Positions 1-10,048 of a DNA stretch of 47,725 nucleotides are shown piece by piece. A program made the translations under genes and the position numbers. The stretch spans positions 1 to 47,725 of IMG/VR virus record IMGVR_UViG_2617270974_000008, one strand, 5' to 3'. Under the pieces are notes generated by a model. That model did not search any database, was not told the origin of the DNA, and saw nothing but the letters and a program-made list of their open reading frames with translations. The DNA comes from a virus (taxonomy: Duplodnaviria; Heunggongvirae; Uroviricota; Caudoviricetes). Positions within the stretch are counted from its first letter, which is position 1; each line of letters starts with the position of its first letter.

Positions 1-891
1 ATGTTTAGACACGTGAAAAAACTTCAATATACAGTACGTGTAAGTGAGCCAAACCCAGGCTTGGCTAATCTACTTTTAGAACAATTCGGCGGGCCACAGG
101 GTGAGCTTGCAGCAGCATGCCGATACTTCACTCAAGGCTTAAGTGATGAAGATGCAGGCCGAAGGGATATGCTGATGGACATAGCAACAGAAGAACTAAG
201 TCATCTCGAAATTATTGGTTCTCTTGTTGGTATGCTCAACAAAGGTGCAAAAGGAGCACTTGCTGAAGGAACTGAGAATGAAGCTGAGCTTTACCGCTCC
301 TTAACTCAAAATGGCAATGACAGCCATATAACTTCTCTCCTCTACGGAGGAGGCCCAGCATTAACTAATTCAGCTGGAGTACCCTGGACTGCAGCTTATG
401 TTGATACTATTGGCGAAGTCACGGCCGATCTTCGTTCAAATATTGCAGCTGAAGCTCGGGCAAAGATCATTTACGAACGTCTCATTAATGTTACTGATGA
501 TCCTGGAGTAAAAGACACTCTGGCATTTTTAATGACCAGGGAAGCAGCACACATGCTTTCATTTGAAAAAGCATTACATTCAATTCGTAACACCTTTCCA
601 CCAGGAAAATTACCACCAATTGAGAAATACAAAAACGTATATTACAACATGTCAGAAGGTGAAGACGTCAGAGGTAGTTGGAACAGTGATGAAAACTTTG
701 ACTATGTTTCCGATCCAGTTCCAGCGGTTGACGGTGGGGATGGGAAGGCCTCGATAAATCTATCGACCAAGCAAGAAGCTATGATAAAAGCTATGGCAAC
801 AAGGTTGAAATCCCATGAAGACATCAATCCTGTCACTGGCGCTGAGCTTGCTGAAGGAGAACCACAAACAAAGATAAATAGTAAAAACTAA
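1..891 (+). CDS. Manganese catalase (di-Mn, ferritin-like; KatN/CotJC type)
   Basis: 296-aa ORF starting at ATG at window position 1; two E-x-x-H metal-ligand motifs (EELSHLE, TREAAHM); followed by hairpin plus T-tract. Confidence 0.8.
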   Translation: MFRHVKKLQYTVRVSEPNPGLANLLLEQFGGPQGELAAACRYFTQGLSDEDAGRRDMLMDIATEELSHLEIIGSLVGMLNKGAKGALAEGTENEAELYRSLTQNGNDSHITSLLYGGGPALTNSAGVPWTAAYVDTIGEVTADLRSNIAAEARAKIIYERLINVTDDPGVKDTLAFLMTREAAHMLSFEKALHSIRNTFPPGKLPPIEKYKNVYYNMSEGEDVRGSWNSDENFDYVSDPVPAVDGGDGKASINLSTKQEAMIKAMATRLKSHEDINPVTGAELAEGEPQTKINSKN

Positions 892-980
892 TTATCTTCT
901 GGTATTTAGCTATCCCTCATAAGTTAATTGCCGCTGAGATATCCTAAGCTCTAGCCTCTGAAAATACATTTATATTTCGA

Positions 981-1012
981 AGCCCGCGATATTTTAAGCG
1001 GGCTTTTATTTT
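981..1012 (+). terminator. Rho-independent terminator after catalase gene
   Basis: agcccgc-N10-gcgggct stem followed by tttatttt; coordinates by eye. Confidence 0.5.
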
Positions 1013-1146
1013 AAACTTCTGGTATTACAGGCCACTCAATATGAGGTGCTGTTGATGTATCAACACGGTTCAGCAACACCCGATACTTCTTCCAGGCTTC
1101 CAGCAACGAGGTTTCTTCCTCCGTTGCATATACAGCTCACCTTTTT

Positions 1147-1440
1147 TCACCCACGATTAACCAACAGCCAGACCAGCAGACACGCCACCACCGGCACAGC
1201 AAAATCCATCAGGCTTGCCACATCCCACGCGCGCGGATCAAAACCACCCCACCACGGCATATTCATTCGCTTGCCATGCCCGAACATTTCAATCCAGCGA
1301 TATTCTGCCTGGGTGTGTTCACGCGCAATGAAGAACGTACAACCGGCTATCGCCCCGCAAGCCCAGTTCCCGGTAAAAAGACCAATCAGTAGCTGCGCAG
1401 CCACAGCACAAAGCGCATGAAGGAAAGGTGTTATATCCAT
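1147..1440 (-). CDS. Hypothetical small membrane protein (terminal moron or host flank)
   Basis: ORF 1147..1455 with hydrophobic segments; start placed at ATG 1440 preceded by GGTAGGA; no recognised family. Confidence 0.45.
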   Translation of the reverse strand: MDITPFLHALCAVAAQLLIGLFTGNWACGAIAGCTFFIAREHTQAEYRWIEMFGHGKRMNMPWWGGFDPRAWDVASLMDFAVPVVACLLVWLLVNRG

Positions 1441-1452
1441 TTTCATCCTACC

Positions 1453-1476
1453 CAATAAAACGGGGCGCTCGGCCCC
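1453..1476 (-). terminator. Putative intrinsic terminator downstream of tail-fibre gene
   Basis: ggggc-gctcg-gcccc hairpin with T-run on minus strand; by eye. Confidence 0.35.
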
Positions 1477-1482
1477 TTAATA

Positions 1483-2523
1483 TTATTTAGACGCAAGCGC
1501 CGCCTCAATTGCAGATAATCTTTGTCTTAATTCTGCGTTTTCTTCTTCCAGTGCTGTTATTCTGTCATCTGACTCTCTGGCTACCTGAACAAGCAAGCCA
1601 GTAACACCAGAATAATCTACTGTGTAATAACGTTCACCTTCTTCACCTTCCGATCCGCTCGCACCGTCCTGATATTTCATTGCGGAACCTACAACTTCTG
1701 GGATTGCTTCCAGAGCTTCCTGTGCAATGACACCAGCATAGGGCATACCGTTTTCTTTAAGCGTGTATGTATAGCCGTTCATTTTACGGATGCGGTCGGT
1801 TGCATTATCGATCACCTGAATGTTGTCTTTCAGATCCCGGTCGGAATGCTGGTTAAATGCGGTGGCATGACATGCACCATTAACGCTTAACATATAGGTG
1901 TTATCGGTATTTTTCTGCGCATAGAACATATAAGCGCCACCATCAACACCGACTTCATAAACAACAGGACGGCTGGAGTTGCCCCACAATTGAGCAGTAA
2001 CACCAGCATAAGCGGTTCCCTGTGTGTTTAATGTCATGGTTGACCCATGATTGGCATATTTGATCTGTAATGTGTCGGTGTAATCAAATTTAATAAGCGC
2101 GTTACTTCCACGCTTGCTGTATGACATAAGGCAGTCACCCATTTTGAGGTATCCGCTGTCACCGGGAAAAATCATCGTACCGCCATAAAGGTTGGTAAAG
2201 TCCCAGCAAATGTTTGTCCCGTTATCGTTCAGGTTAAGGCGCGCCATTGCGTTACCTGGACTGTCTATCCATTTTTTGAGGTATAGTTCGCAATACGCAT
2301 CCTCAACACCTGCCGTCCTGTGAGTTGAGCGGAGTTTTCTCCCAAATATAGCTCCGCTAGTTGGCAATACCTGCTGATACCATGAAGCAGACCAGTCACC
2401 AACGATTTCATCTTTGCTGTCTACATATAATTTTGTTGCGTAGCTTCCTTGATCGTTTTTTAATTTGCTAACGTCGGATTTTAGCGTTTTGATGTCATCA
2501 GGAATTACTGTCGATGTAGCCAT
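1483..2523 (-). CDS. Tail fibre / receptor-binding protein with C-terminal intramolecular chaperone (peptidase S74-like) domain
   Basis: 346-aa ORF; C-terminal HSDRDLKDNIQVID...GYTYTL motif typical of auto-cleaving chaperone domains of tailspikes/fibres, then coiled-coil tail. Confidence 0.7.
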   Translation of the reverse strand: MATSTVIPDDIKTLKSDVSKLKNDQGSYATKLYVDSKDEIVGDWSASWYQQVLPTSGAIFGRKLRSTHRTAGVEDAYCELYLKKWIDSPGNAMARLNLNDNGTNICWDFTNLYGGTMIFPGDSGYLKMGDCLMSYSKRGSNALIKFDYTDTLQIKYANHGSTMTLNTQGTAYAGVTAQLWGNSSRPVVYEVGVDGGAYMFYAQKNTDNTYMLSVNGACHATAFNQHSDRDLKDNIQVIDNATDRIRKMNGYTYTLKENGMPYAGVIAQEALEAIPEVVGSAMKYQDGASGSEGEEGERYYTVDYSGVTGLLVQVARESDDRITALEEENAELRQRLSAIEAALASK

Positions 2524-2532
2524 TTTTCTTCC

Positions 2533-2814
2533 TCACATCCAGCCACGAAGTTGATGCTCAACAGCAACCACGTATTCATCGAATAATGACGATATTTGCG
2601 AATCATTAATGATGCGCACGTTTACAAAATATCCGTCTTCCTTAACACATACCGGTTCGCCATCTTCAGTCAGTTCTCCGGTTTCTTTGTACACGTTACC
2701 TATCACGTCAATAAGAATATCATCCTGCATCGACTCGTCATCATAATAGCCAGTACTCTCCATAAAGGCCGAAAAGCCGGCCCTGTCGGCAAATTTGAGT
2801 GTTAAATCTTTCAT
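2533..2814 (-). CDS. Hypothetical small acidic protein between the two fibre genes
   Basis: 93-aa ORF whose start abuts stf stop; position suggests fibre accessory role; no motif recognised. Confidence 0.45.
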   Translation of the reverse strand: MKDLTLKFADRAGFSAFMESTGYYDDESMQDDILIDVIGNVYKETGELTEDGEPVCVKEDGYFVNVRIINDSQISSLFDEYVVAVEHQLRGWM

Positions 2815-5195
2815 TAGATTGACTCCCCCACCTGAGCATCAGTCAATGCCTTGTGCCATATTCTGAAATTCCTGACATGACCAAATAAATGACGTAACCC
2901 GGCTGTAGTCTGGCCTCCAATACGGATCATTGCGGTGTTCTGAATACAGGACCATGTGGTTTTTGTTTCGCTGGATATATGCCCGTTACTTACTGAGCAC
3001 GTAGACTGCTCTGACTTTACACGCATCCCCATAACCATTTTTTCAAGCGATGCGTTTTCGTTTACCCGTCTGTTAGCTCCTCCAATATCGCAATAAGGAA
3101 ATCCGTCGTAATCTGTTGAACGACCGAAGCCAAGAATAATAGCCGCTCCGGTTTGATGACCGCCGGTATCAAAAACACGTGGCGCTGCATTTGGCGTTTT
3201 ATACCAGTTCTTATGTACCTCACAAAGAACCGTAAAAGGAAGATTATAAAGATTATTCTTAATTGGAACTGTAACTATATCGCTTGCGCGGGTCGCCGCC
3301 GTCGCTCCTGATATAATAAAAGATGATACACAAGGCCCATCTTCTACTTGTGGGGTGGCCAGATAAATATAATCACCAGATACGGTTGCCCCGCTCTGCT
3401 TAGGAGAATACTGTATCTGAGAGCCTATTTTTAACTCCCCATCAATTGCCTGAATTGTTGCCTCTGCAAAAATCCATCCGGTAGCTTCGTCCTTTCTGAC
3501 TCTCGCTGTGATCCTTGAGGCAGCACCGCCTGTCATATTAATTTCAAGCGTTTGTGTATCAATATACGCATCACCAAGAAAAGTTGTTGCGCTACCGTCA
3601 TATTTATCAAACCGGATACGCAACCTTACCTGCAGTTCTGTTTTAAAACGACATGAGGTTGTCACGTGTTTATTATCGCCTGAGACATCAACTGACTTTG
3701 TTGCAGCAATTGATGCCATATTAATGGCTGAGGTTTGCCCAATCAGAGAATCGTTGCAGACAAACTTTCCATAGGTAAAACCAAAATTATCCGTCCCTGT
3801 TTCGGGCACATCCATATTTGACGATCGCCCCCAACTGGCAGGGCTTTCCGAATTGAGCATGTAGTTTGTTCTTTGCCCCTCAATAAGCAGGCCATCACGT
3901 TCAAATCGTGGCTCGTCAATGGCAGCCTCTGTCAGCACACCAGATTTGTTAATATAGGTTGCTTTCGATGCACGTTTAAACTTAACAATCTTGTCGCCAG
4001 GCATCGTTATTTCATCGTCACCAATAACAATTTTTTTATATGATGGCGAAAAGCCCGTAATCATATCCAGCGAATCGTTAAATGGTATCCACACATCAGG
4101 CAGCGGCTGTAAGACATATTTATACGGCTCCGCAGCCTGGCTTGCGTACTCTCTGGCTGCATCTTCGCTTGCTTTAGCTGCCGTCTGGCTTGCTGCCGAT
4201 GCTTTCGCTGAGTTCGCAGCCGCTGTTTCGCTCACCTTTGCGTTGGTTTCACTGGTTTTTGCTGCTTTTTGACTGTTAGCTGATGCAGTGGCAGAAGCAG
4301 CCGCCGCGCTTGCAGAACTGGCTGCGGCACTCTCGCTTTGGGCCGCTGCATCCTGACTGCTTTTCGCCGCAGTTTCACTGGCTTTGGCATTCGTTTCGCT
4401 GGTCTTCGCTGCCGTCTGGCTGGACTTTGCGTTAGTTTCACTCGTCTTCGCAGCTTTCTGGCTGTTAGCCGCAGCAGTTGCTGATCCAGCTGCTGAAGTC
4501 GCAGAACCGGCTGCCGCGCTCTCGCTTTGGGCTGCTGCAACCTGGCTGTTTTTTGCCGCAGTTTCACTGGCTTTAGCATTCGTTTCGCTGGTCTTCGCTG
4601 CCGTCTGGCTGGACTTTGTGTTGGTTTCGCTCGTCTTTGCGGCTGTCTCGCTATTTTTCGCGTTGGTTTCTGATTTTTTAGCTGCTGTTGCGGAGTTTGC
4701 CGATGCAGTCTGCGAGGCCGCTGCCGCCTGTGCGCTGTTAGCTGCATTTGTTTCTGAGGTTTTCGCCGCGTTCTTCGATGATGCCGCTGCAGTTTCGGAT
4801 TTCTTTGCCGCCGCTGCGCTCTGAGAGGCGGCTTCAGCGTTGCGTGCCGCTTCTTCCACCATTTCCTCAAAACGACGCAATGCCTCCGGCATGACATCAT
4901 CTTCCGTCATGGCACCGAGAAAATCATTCAGCGTACCTGGTCTGGAACCTTCATAGACGGTAATGATCCCGGCATGTGAAGGCGGAAAACCTTCAACCAG
5001 CAGGATAACGCTATACTGGCCATACTCAACGTCCATGCTGTAACGCCCGGCTTCATCCGGATTTTCAGAGGCCACCGTGTTCACCAGTACAGTGGTGCTG
5101 TTACGCTTTGCCTTCAGTTGAATAGTGCAGTTCTGTATTGGTTTTCCCGCACCATCTTTCAGCACACCTGAGATTTTTACTGCTGCCATATCCAC
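2814..5195 (-). CDS. stf: Side tail fibre protein (lambda Stf-like N-terminus, Ala/Ser/Thr repeat array, LamG-like C-terminus)
   Basis: 793 aa; N-terminal ~110 aa match recalled lambda Stf (AVKISGVLKDG...GRYSMDVEYGQYSV...); C-terminal ...HVRNFRIWHKALTDAQV resembles end of concanavalin-like/LamG jelly-roll domains. Confidence 0.85.
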   Translation of the reverse strand: MDMAAVKISGVLKDGAGKPIQNCTIQLKAKRNSTTVLVNTVASENPDEAGRYSMDVEYGQYSVILLVEGFPPSHAGIITVYEGSRPGTLNDFLGAMTEDDVMPEALRRFEEMVEEAARNAEAASQSAAAAKKSETAAASSKNAAKTSETNAANSAQAAAASQTASANSATAAKKSETNAKNSETAAKTSETNTKSSQTAAKTSETNAKASETAAKNSQVAAAQSESAAAGSATSAAGSATAAANSQKAAKTSETNAKSSQTAAKTSETNAKASETAAKSSQDAAAQSESAAASSASAAAASATASANSQKAAKTSETNAKVSETAAANSAKASAASQTAAKASEDAAREYASQAAEPYKYVLQPLPDVWIPFNDSLDMITGFSPSYKKIVIGDDEITMPGDKIVKFKRASKATYINKSGVLTEAAIDEPRFERDGLLIEGQRTNYMLNSESPASWGRSSNMDVPETGTDNFGFTYGKFVCNDSLIGQTSAINMASIAATKSVDVSGDNKHVTTSCRFKTELQVRLRIRFDKYDGSATTFLGDAYIDTQTLEINMTGGAASRITARVRKDEATGWIFAEATIQAIDGELKIGSQIQYSPKQSGATVSGDYIYLATPQVEDGPCVSSFIISGATAATRASDIVTVPIKNNLYNLPFTVLCEVHKNWYKTPNAAPRVFDTGGHQTGAAIILGFGRSTDYDGFPYCDIGGANRRVNENASLEKMVMGMRVKSEQSTCSVSNGHISSETKTTWSCIQNTAMIRIGGQTTAGLRHLFGHVRNFRIWHKALTDAQVGESI
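4240..4700 (-). repeat. Tandem coding repeat (about 192-bp period, roughly 2.3 copies) inside stf
   Basis: Near-identical DNA blocks (gcattcgtttcgctggtcttcgctgccgtctggctggacttt recurs about 192 bp apart); encodes repeated AAKTSETNAK... segments. Confidence 0.7.
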
Positions 5196-5253
5196 TCCAC
5201 AAAAAAGCCCCCCTGAACCGGCGGGCTGTCATAACACTGTGTTACCTGGCTAA

Positions 5254-5853
5254 TCAGAATTTATAACCGACACCCACGATGAAACCGTCAGTGCGCCAGT
5301 CGCCACTGCCGGAGCCTTCATAAGCAATATCAATGGCCACGGATTCGGTCGGGTTAAACTGCACGCCAGCTCCCCACGCCAGAGACGTGTTGCTGTGGCG
5401 ATCGTCATCACTTCCGGTCAGCACATCGTGCGTTTTCCCCTTGTTGTCAGTTACGCGGAGATAATCCCCGGAGAACGTCGAAACACGGCTGTAAGCCACA
5501 CCTGCCATCGCATAAGCACTGAACCATTCATTCACGCGTACAGATGGCCCCGCCATCATGCTGAACCAGCGGTTACGCACTGAATCTTCATGCCAGCGGG
5601 TATCGCTGTAATGCGTTTTTTGCTCATCTTTGGCATTGGCATAACTGAATGACGTCACCAGCCCCAGCGTGTCCGTAAATTCATAACGGTATTTCACGTT
5701 AATGCCCTTCAGGTCATCACTGCCTGGCATATCAGTATGGGTCTGAAGATACCCGACGCTTAGTGTGGACTGATGCTCTGCTGCGCTCGCTGGCGTACCA
5801 GCGGCAACCAGCCAGACTACTGCGGACAGAATAACAGCACATAATTTACGCAT
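5254..5853 (-). CDS. lom: Outer membrane protein Lom (Ail/Lom family)
   Basis: 199 aa; signal peptide; strong match to recalled lambda Lom incl. C-terminal ...FIVGVGYKF. Confidence 0.9.
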   Translation of the reverse strand: MRKLCAVILSAVVWLVAAGTPASAAEHQSTLSVGYLQTHTDMPGSDDLKGINVKYRYEFTDTLGLVTSFSYANAKDEQKTHYSDTRWHEDSVRNRWFSMMAGPSVRVNEWFSAYAMAGVAYSRVSTFSGDYLRVTDNKGKTHDVLTGSDDDRHSNTSLAWGAGVQFNPTESVAIDIAYEGSGSGDWRTDGFIVGVGYKF

Positions 5854-5920
5854 AATTACCTCTCGCTTTTCTGCAATAAAAAAGGCGCCATTTCTGGCGC
5901 CCGTATCTGGGTTATAAAAT

Positions 5921-8900
5921 TCAGCTAATCGTGATGCCTGCAGTGGCTTTCTTCATCACAACAACCAGCAAATCGCTGATACTTGCTGTGGGATACCAGC
6001 CATTTACCCACCATGCTGATACAGAAAACTCCAGTGTCATTACGCCACTGCCTGCAGGCATATCAATAACACCCGTGTAAATCAGAGTATTATCCAGAGC
6101 CGTTCGGTTATAAATTTCAGCCCCGTTTTTCTTCACTATCAGGCGGCATGACGAATAAGTATCGCTATTCTCCCGTTCATGTCTGGCACCGCTGAAAGCC
6201 ACCGCTGGAATAACAATTTGCCGGTCAAACGGCTGATCGTCATAAACCCTGACGGTAATGGTCCCTGATGGCCACCGCTCCGGTGCACGGGAGTCCCGGG
6301 GGAAAGCTTTGCCCACTGTTTTAACGAGATCGCCTTCAATCTGGTTCGCGGACAGTTTTCCCAGAACCCGACAGTTCTCGTTAATCGTGACGTTGTTGAG
6401 CGTCCCGGAGTTCGCATTCACGCTACCGCTGATATCGGCATTTTTCGCCGTCAGCCGCCCGTCCGGTGTCAGGGAAAATGCCGGAGGATTGCCGCCACTG
6501 GTAATGGTGGGAGCCGTCAGATACTTCAGGAACACTTCGTTCATGAATATCTGGTTGCCCTGCGCCACAAACATCGGCGTTTCATTCCCGTTTGCCGGGT
6601 CAATAAACGCGATACGGTTAGCAGCAACCAGGAACTGGCTCAGTTTGCCTTCCTCCGTATCCTCCATACTAAGGCCAAGCCCCGCGACATAATGCCTGCC
6701 GTCTTCGGTCTGCTCAATTTTGACGCCCCACATGGCATTCCATTTATCGTTGGCGTCCTTCCACTCTTTCGAAAACTCCTCCAGTTTGCTGGCGTTATCC
6801 TCCGTCAGCTCGACTTTTTCCAGCAGCTCCTTGCCGAGATGGGATTCAGTTATCTGGCCTTTGAAAAAATCCAGGTAACCTTCCGCATCATCGCTCGCCC
6901 GACCGACAGCCTCCACGAATGTCGATTTGCCGACGGTGTTCACACTGCGAACGTAAAAATAATAATCATGGCCCGGTTTGATATTGATACTGGCGGCTAT
7001 CCAGTACAGCGCCGTGCCAAGATAGCGGGCTGTGGTTTCAACCTGCCTGATATCCGCAATCCGCTTTTCCGAGAACCAGAACTCAAACTGTACAGTCGGA
7101 TCATAAACCGCAAGATGCGGCGTGGCGGTTATCTGAAAATAGCCCGGCGTCAGCTCAATCCGCGATGGCGCTGCCGGTGCGGCAATCCGGAACGATACCG
7201 ATGCCGGATCGCCCTGCTGCCCCCACGCATTTACCGCCCGGACTGTCAGACTGTAATTTCCCAGCGCCAGTTGCGTGAATCGGTATGTGGTTTCCGTCGT
7301 CCGGGCCGTGCTGACCAGCCGCTCACTGCCGTCATCCGCTGCCACGGTCAGGCGAAGCATAAAGCTCACGCCCTTCACCACCTTCGGCGTATCCCAGCGC
7401 GCCAGCACCTGGTATTCCCCGCTGTCTGCGGTGACTTCTGCGGTCAGGTGTTGCACTGCTGGCGGCGTGACACCATTCACCGTGCCGCTCTGGTCGCCGT
7501 CAAAGTACGCCCCGTTATCCACGATGGCCTCTTTTTCCGGTACATGCTGCACGGCGGTGATGGCATACGTGCCGTCGTCGTTCTCACGGATACTCACGCA
7601 GCGGAACAGGCGCTGGCGCAGCGTCGGCAGCTTCAGCCCCCACACGCTGTATTCAGCAACACCGTCAGGAACACGGCTCACTTTCACCTTCACGCCGTCG
7701 GTGACGGACTGGACCTCCACGCTGACCGGATTGCCACTTCCGTCAACTAGGCTTATCAGCGTGGTACCGGAGGATGGCAGCGTGATTTCACGGTCGAGCG
7801 TCAGCGTCCGGGTCTGGCTGTTCACCGCCAGCACACGACCACCGGTGCTGATACCGGCATAGTCATCATCGCAGATTTCAATAACATCACCCGGGACATG
7901 GCGAAGCCCTTCTGCGCCGACGCTGAAATCCACGGTCTGCGTTTCCAGCAGTTCTGTTTTAATCAGCCACAGCCCGGCGCGGTGTGCCTGCCCCCGGCTG
8001 GTACAGCCAAAAGCATCCATCTTCGTGACGTTACGACCGTAACGGGCAATGGCCTGCGTATCTTCAACAAGCTCTGTCGCCGTCTCCCAGCCGTTGTTCG
8101 GGTCAATCCAGTTCACCTCAACGGCATTATGGCGGTCCTTGAGGGCGCTGAAGCTGTAGCGGAACGGCGCGCCATCATCCGGCATCACCACATTACTGCG
8201 GTTATAGGTCCACACCTTATCCGACGGTCGGTCCTGCACGAACGTCAGCGTCTGCCCGTTCCATACCGGCATACAGCGCATCGCCGAGCAGAAATCACTG
8301 AGCACATCCCACGCCTTGCGCTGTGTGGTCAGGTAAGCGTTACAGGTGATGCGCGGCTCCGTGCCACCAAAACCGTCCGGCACCGACTGCTCGCAATGCT
8401 GGCCGATGACATACAGCGCCCATTTGTCCACATCCGCCGCACCAAGACGTTTCCCCATGCCGTAGCGCGGGTGGGTCAGCATATCCCACAGACACCAGGC
8501 CATGTTGTTGCTGTATGCTGGCTTAAACGTTCCGTCCCAGATACCGCTGTATTGCCGCGTCTGCGGGTTATAGTTCGACGGCACCTGCAGAATGCGCCCG
8601 CGAAGATGATAATTACGGCTCACCTGCTGGCTGCCGAACTGCTCCGAATCCACCTGCACGCCGACCAGTGCCGTGTTCGGGTAGCACTGTTTCACATCGA
8701 TGATTTCGGTGTATGACGACCAGAGCGTTTTGTTCTGCAGCTGGTCTGTGGTGCTGTCCGGTGTCATCCTGCGCATCCGGATATTGAACGGTCGCGGCGG
8801 CAGGTTATCCACCACCACCGAGACCAGATACTGCGACGTGGTTTTGCCCTTAATGGTGATGTCTTTTTCTGTCACCCAGCCACCGTTACGTTGTATCTGA

Positions 8901-9316
8901 ACCAGCAGGCGGACTTCCGACGGATTCCGGTCACCCTTTGAGGTGGTTTCCACCAGTGCCTGCACACCGAAGGTAAAGCGCAGACGGTCGATGTTTGCAG
9001 ACGTGATGGTCCGGGTAATCGGCGTGTCATATTTCACTTCCGTACCCAGCACCGTCTCGGAGCCGGAGGATTCAAACCCCTCCGGCGGTGTCTGCTCCTG
9101 TTCACCTGCCCGGAACACCACCGTGACACCGGCGATGTTGGTATTCCCCTCACTGTCCAGCACCGGTGTACTGTTCAGCAGCACGCTTTTTAATCCATCC
9201 ACCGGACCTTCAATCGGCCCTTCGCTGATGGCATCAATCACACTCAGTAACTGCGTGGATTTCAGGTTGTCCTTCGCTTCGCGCGGGGTATGCCCCTTAC
9301 TGCTGCCTTTACCCAT
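5921..9316 (-). CDS. J: Tail tip host-specificity protein J
   Basis: 1131 aa; N-terminus [24 protein letters not shown]... and most of length match recalled lambda J; C-terminal ~150 aa divergent. Confidence 0.95.
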   Translation of the reverse strand: MGKGSSKGHTPREAKDNLKSTQLLSVIDAISEGPIEGPVDGLKSVLLNSTPVLDSEGNTNIAGVTVVFRAGEQEQTPPEGFESSGSETVLGTEVKYDTPITRTITSANIDRLRFTFGVQALVETTSKGDRNPSEVRLLVQIQRNGGWVTEKDITIKGKTTSQYLVSVVVDNLPPRPFNIRMRRMTPDSTTDQLQNKTLWSSYTEIIDVKQCYPNTALVGVQVDSEQFGSQQVSRNYHLRGRILQVPSNYNPQTRQYSGIWDGTFKPAYSNNMAWCLWDMLTHPRYGMGKRLGAADVDKWALYVIGQHCEQSVPDGFGGTEPRITCNAYLTTQRKAWDVLSDFCSAMRCMPVWNGQTLTFVQDRPSDKVWTYNRSNVVMPDDGAPFRYSFSALKDRHNAVEVNWIDPNNGWETATELVEDTQAIARYGRNVTKMDAFGCTSRGQAHRAGLWLIKTELLETQTVDFSVGAEGLRHVPGDVIEICDDDYAGISTGGRVLAVNSQTRTLTLDREITLPSSGTTLISLVDGSGNPVSVEVQSVTDGVKVKVSRVPDGVAEYSVWGLKLPTLRQRLFRCVSIRENDDGTYAITAVQHVPEKEAIVDNGAYFDGDQSGTVNGVTPPAVQHLTAEVTADSGEYQVLARWDTPKVVKGVSFMLRLTVAADDGSERLVSTARTTETTYRFTQLALGNYSLTVRAVNAWGQQGDPASVSFRIAAPAAPSRIELTPGYFQITATPHLAVYDPTVQFEFWFSEKRIADIRQVETTARYLGTALYWIAASINIKPGHDYYFYVRSVNTVGKSTFVEAVGRASDDAEGYLDFFKGQITESHLGKELLEKVELTEDNASKLEEFSKEWKDANDKWNAMWGVKIEQTEDGRHYVAGLGLSMEDTEEGKLSQFLVAANRIAFIDPANGNETPMFVAQGNQIFMNEVFLKYLTAPTITSGGNPPAFSLTPDGRLTAKNADISGSVNANSGTLNNVTINENCRVLGKLSANQIEGDLVKTVGKAFPRDSRAPERWPSGTITVRVYDDQPFDRQIVIPAVAFSGARHERENSDTYSSCRLIVKKNGAEIYNRTALDNTLIYTGVIDMPAGSGVMTLEFSVSAWWVNGWYPTASISDLLVVVMKKATAGITIS

Positions 9317-9376
9317 TCGTCATGCTCCAGAAACGACAAAACCGCCCGCAGGCGGTTTCACATAAAATATTTTGCA

Positions 9377-10048
9377 TCATCGACCAATCACCACAACCTG
9401 ACCACCGTCCCCTTCATCTGCCGTGCTGATCTCCTGAGATACCACACGTGACCCCACGCGCATTTCACCATACAGAACAGGCAGAACATTGCCCTGGGCA
9501 ACCATGTTATCCAGTGAGGAGAAATAGGTGTTCTGCTTACCGTTATCCGTTGTCTGTGTGCGGGGAGTTCTGGCTTTCGGTGCCAGCATCTGAGCCACAC
9601 CGCCGAGCACCATACTGGCACCGAGAGAAAACAGAATGCCGGTCATACCACCGGCCCCAATGGCTGTCCCCCATGCTGCAAGGGTGGCTCCGGCGGTAAA
9701 GAATGATCCGGCAATGGCGGCTGCCCCCAGGACAATCTGGAATACGCCACCTGACTTGGCCCCGGCGACTCTGGGAACGATATGAATCACAGCGCCGTCA
9801 GGCAGATCCTCATGTAACTGCGCCGTTAATCCGGACGTGCTGACATCCTGCCCGGCAATACGTACCTGATACCAGCCGTCGCTCAGTTTCTGACGAAACG
9901 CAGGGAGCTGTGTGGCCAGCGCCCGGATGGCTTCGGCCCCCGTTTTCACACGAAGGTCGATGCGGCGGCCAAATCGTTGTAAATCCCCGTAAAGGCAGAT
10001 GCGCGCCATGCCCGGTGACGCCAGAGGGAGTGTGTGCGTCGCTGCCAT
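9377..10048 (-). CDS. I: Tail assembly protein I
   Basis: 223 aa; matches lambda I; overlaps K 3' end as in lambda. Confidence 0.9.
   Translation of the reverse strand: MAATHTLPLASPGMARICLYGDLQRFGRRIDLRVKTGAEAIRALATQLPAFRQKLSDGWYQVRIAGQDVSTSGLTAQLHEDLPDGAVIHIVPRVAGAKSGGVFQIVLGAAAIAGSFFTAGATLAAWGTAIGAGGMTGILFSLGASMVLGGVAQMLAPKARTPRTQTTDNGKQNTYFSSLDNMVAQGNVLPVLYGEMRVGSRVVSQEISTADEGDGGQVVVIGR

Noticed and set aside
1046-1420. 124-aa plus-strand ORF
   Set aside because: Antisense to the hydrophobic small-protein ORF; Pro/Ser/Arg-rich with no SD.
4240-4700. Possible CRISPR array (regular repeats)
   Set aside because: Repeats are about 192 bp, in-frame within stf, without short spacers or nearby cas genes: coding tandem repeats.
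4232-4900. 222-aa Arg/Gln-rich ORF on minus strand and plus-strand ORFs inside the stf repeat region
   Set aside because: Alternative frames of the tandem repeat array; highly basic repetitive translation; real frame is the Stf protein.
6692-8716. Long plus-strand ORFs (352 aa, 195 aa, 272 aa) overlapping J
   Set aside because: Antisense to a strongly supported lambda J gene; Arg/Pro/Cys-rich low-complexity translations typical of GC-rich antisense frames; no SD.
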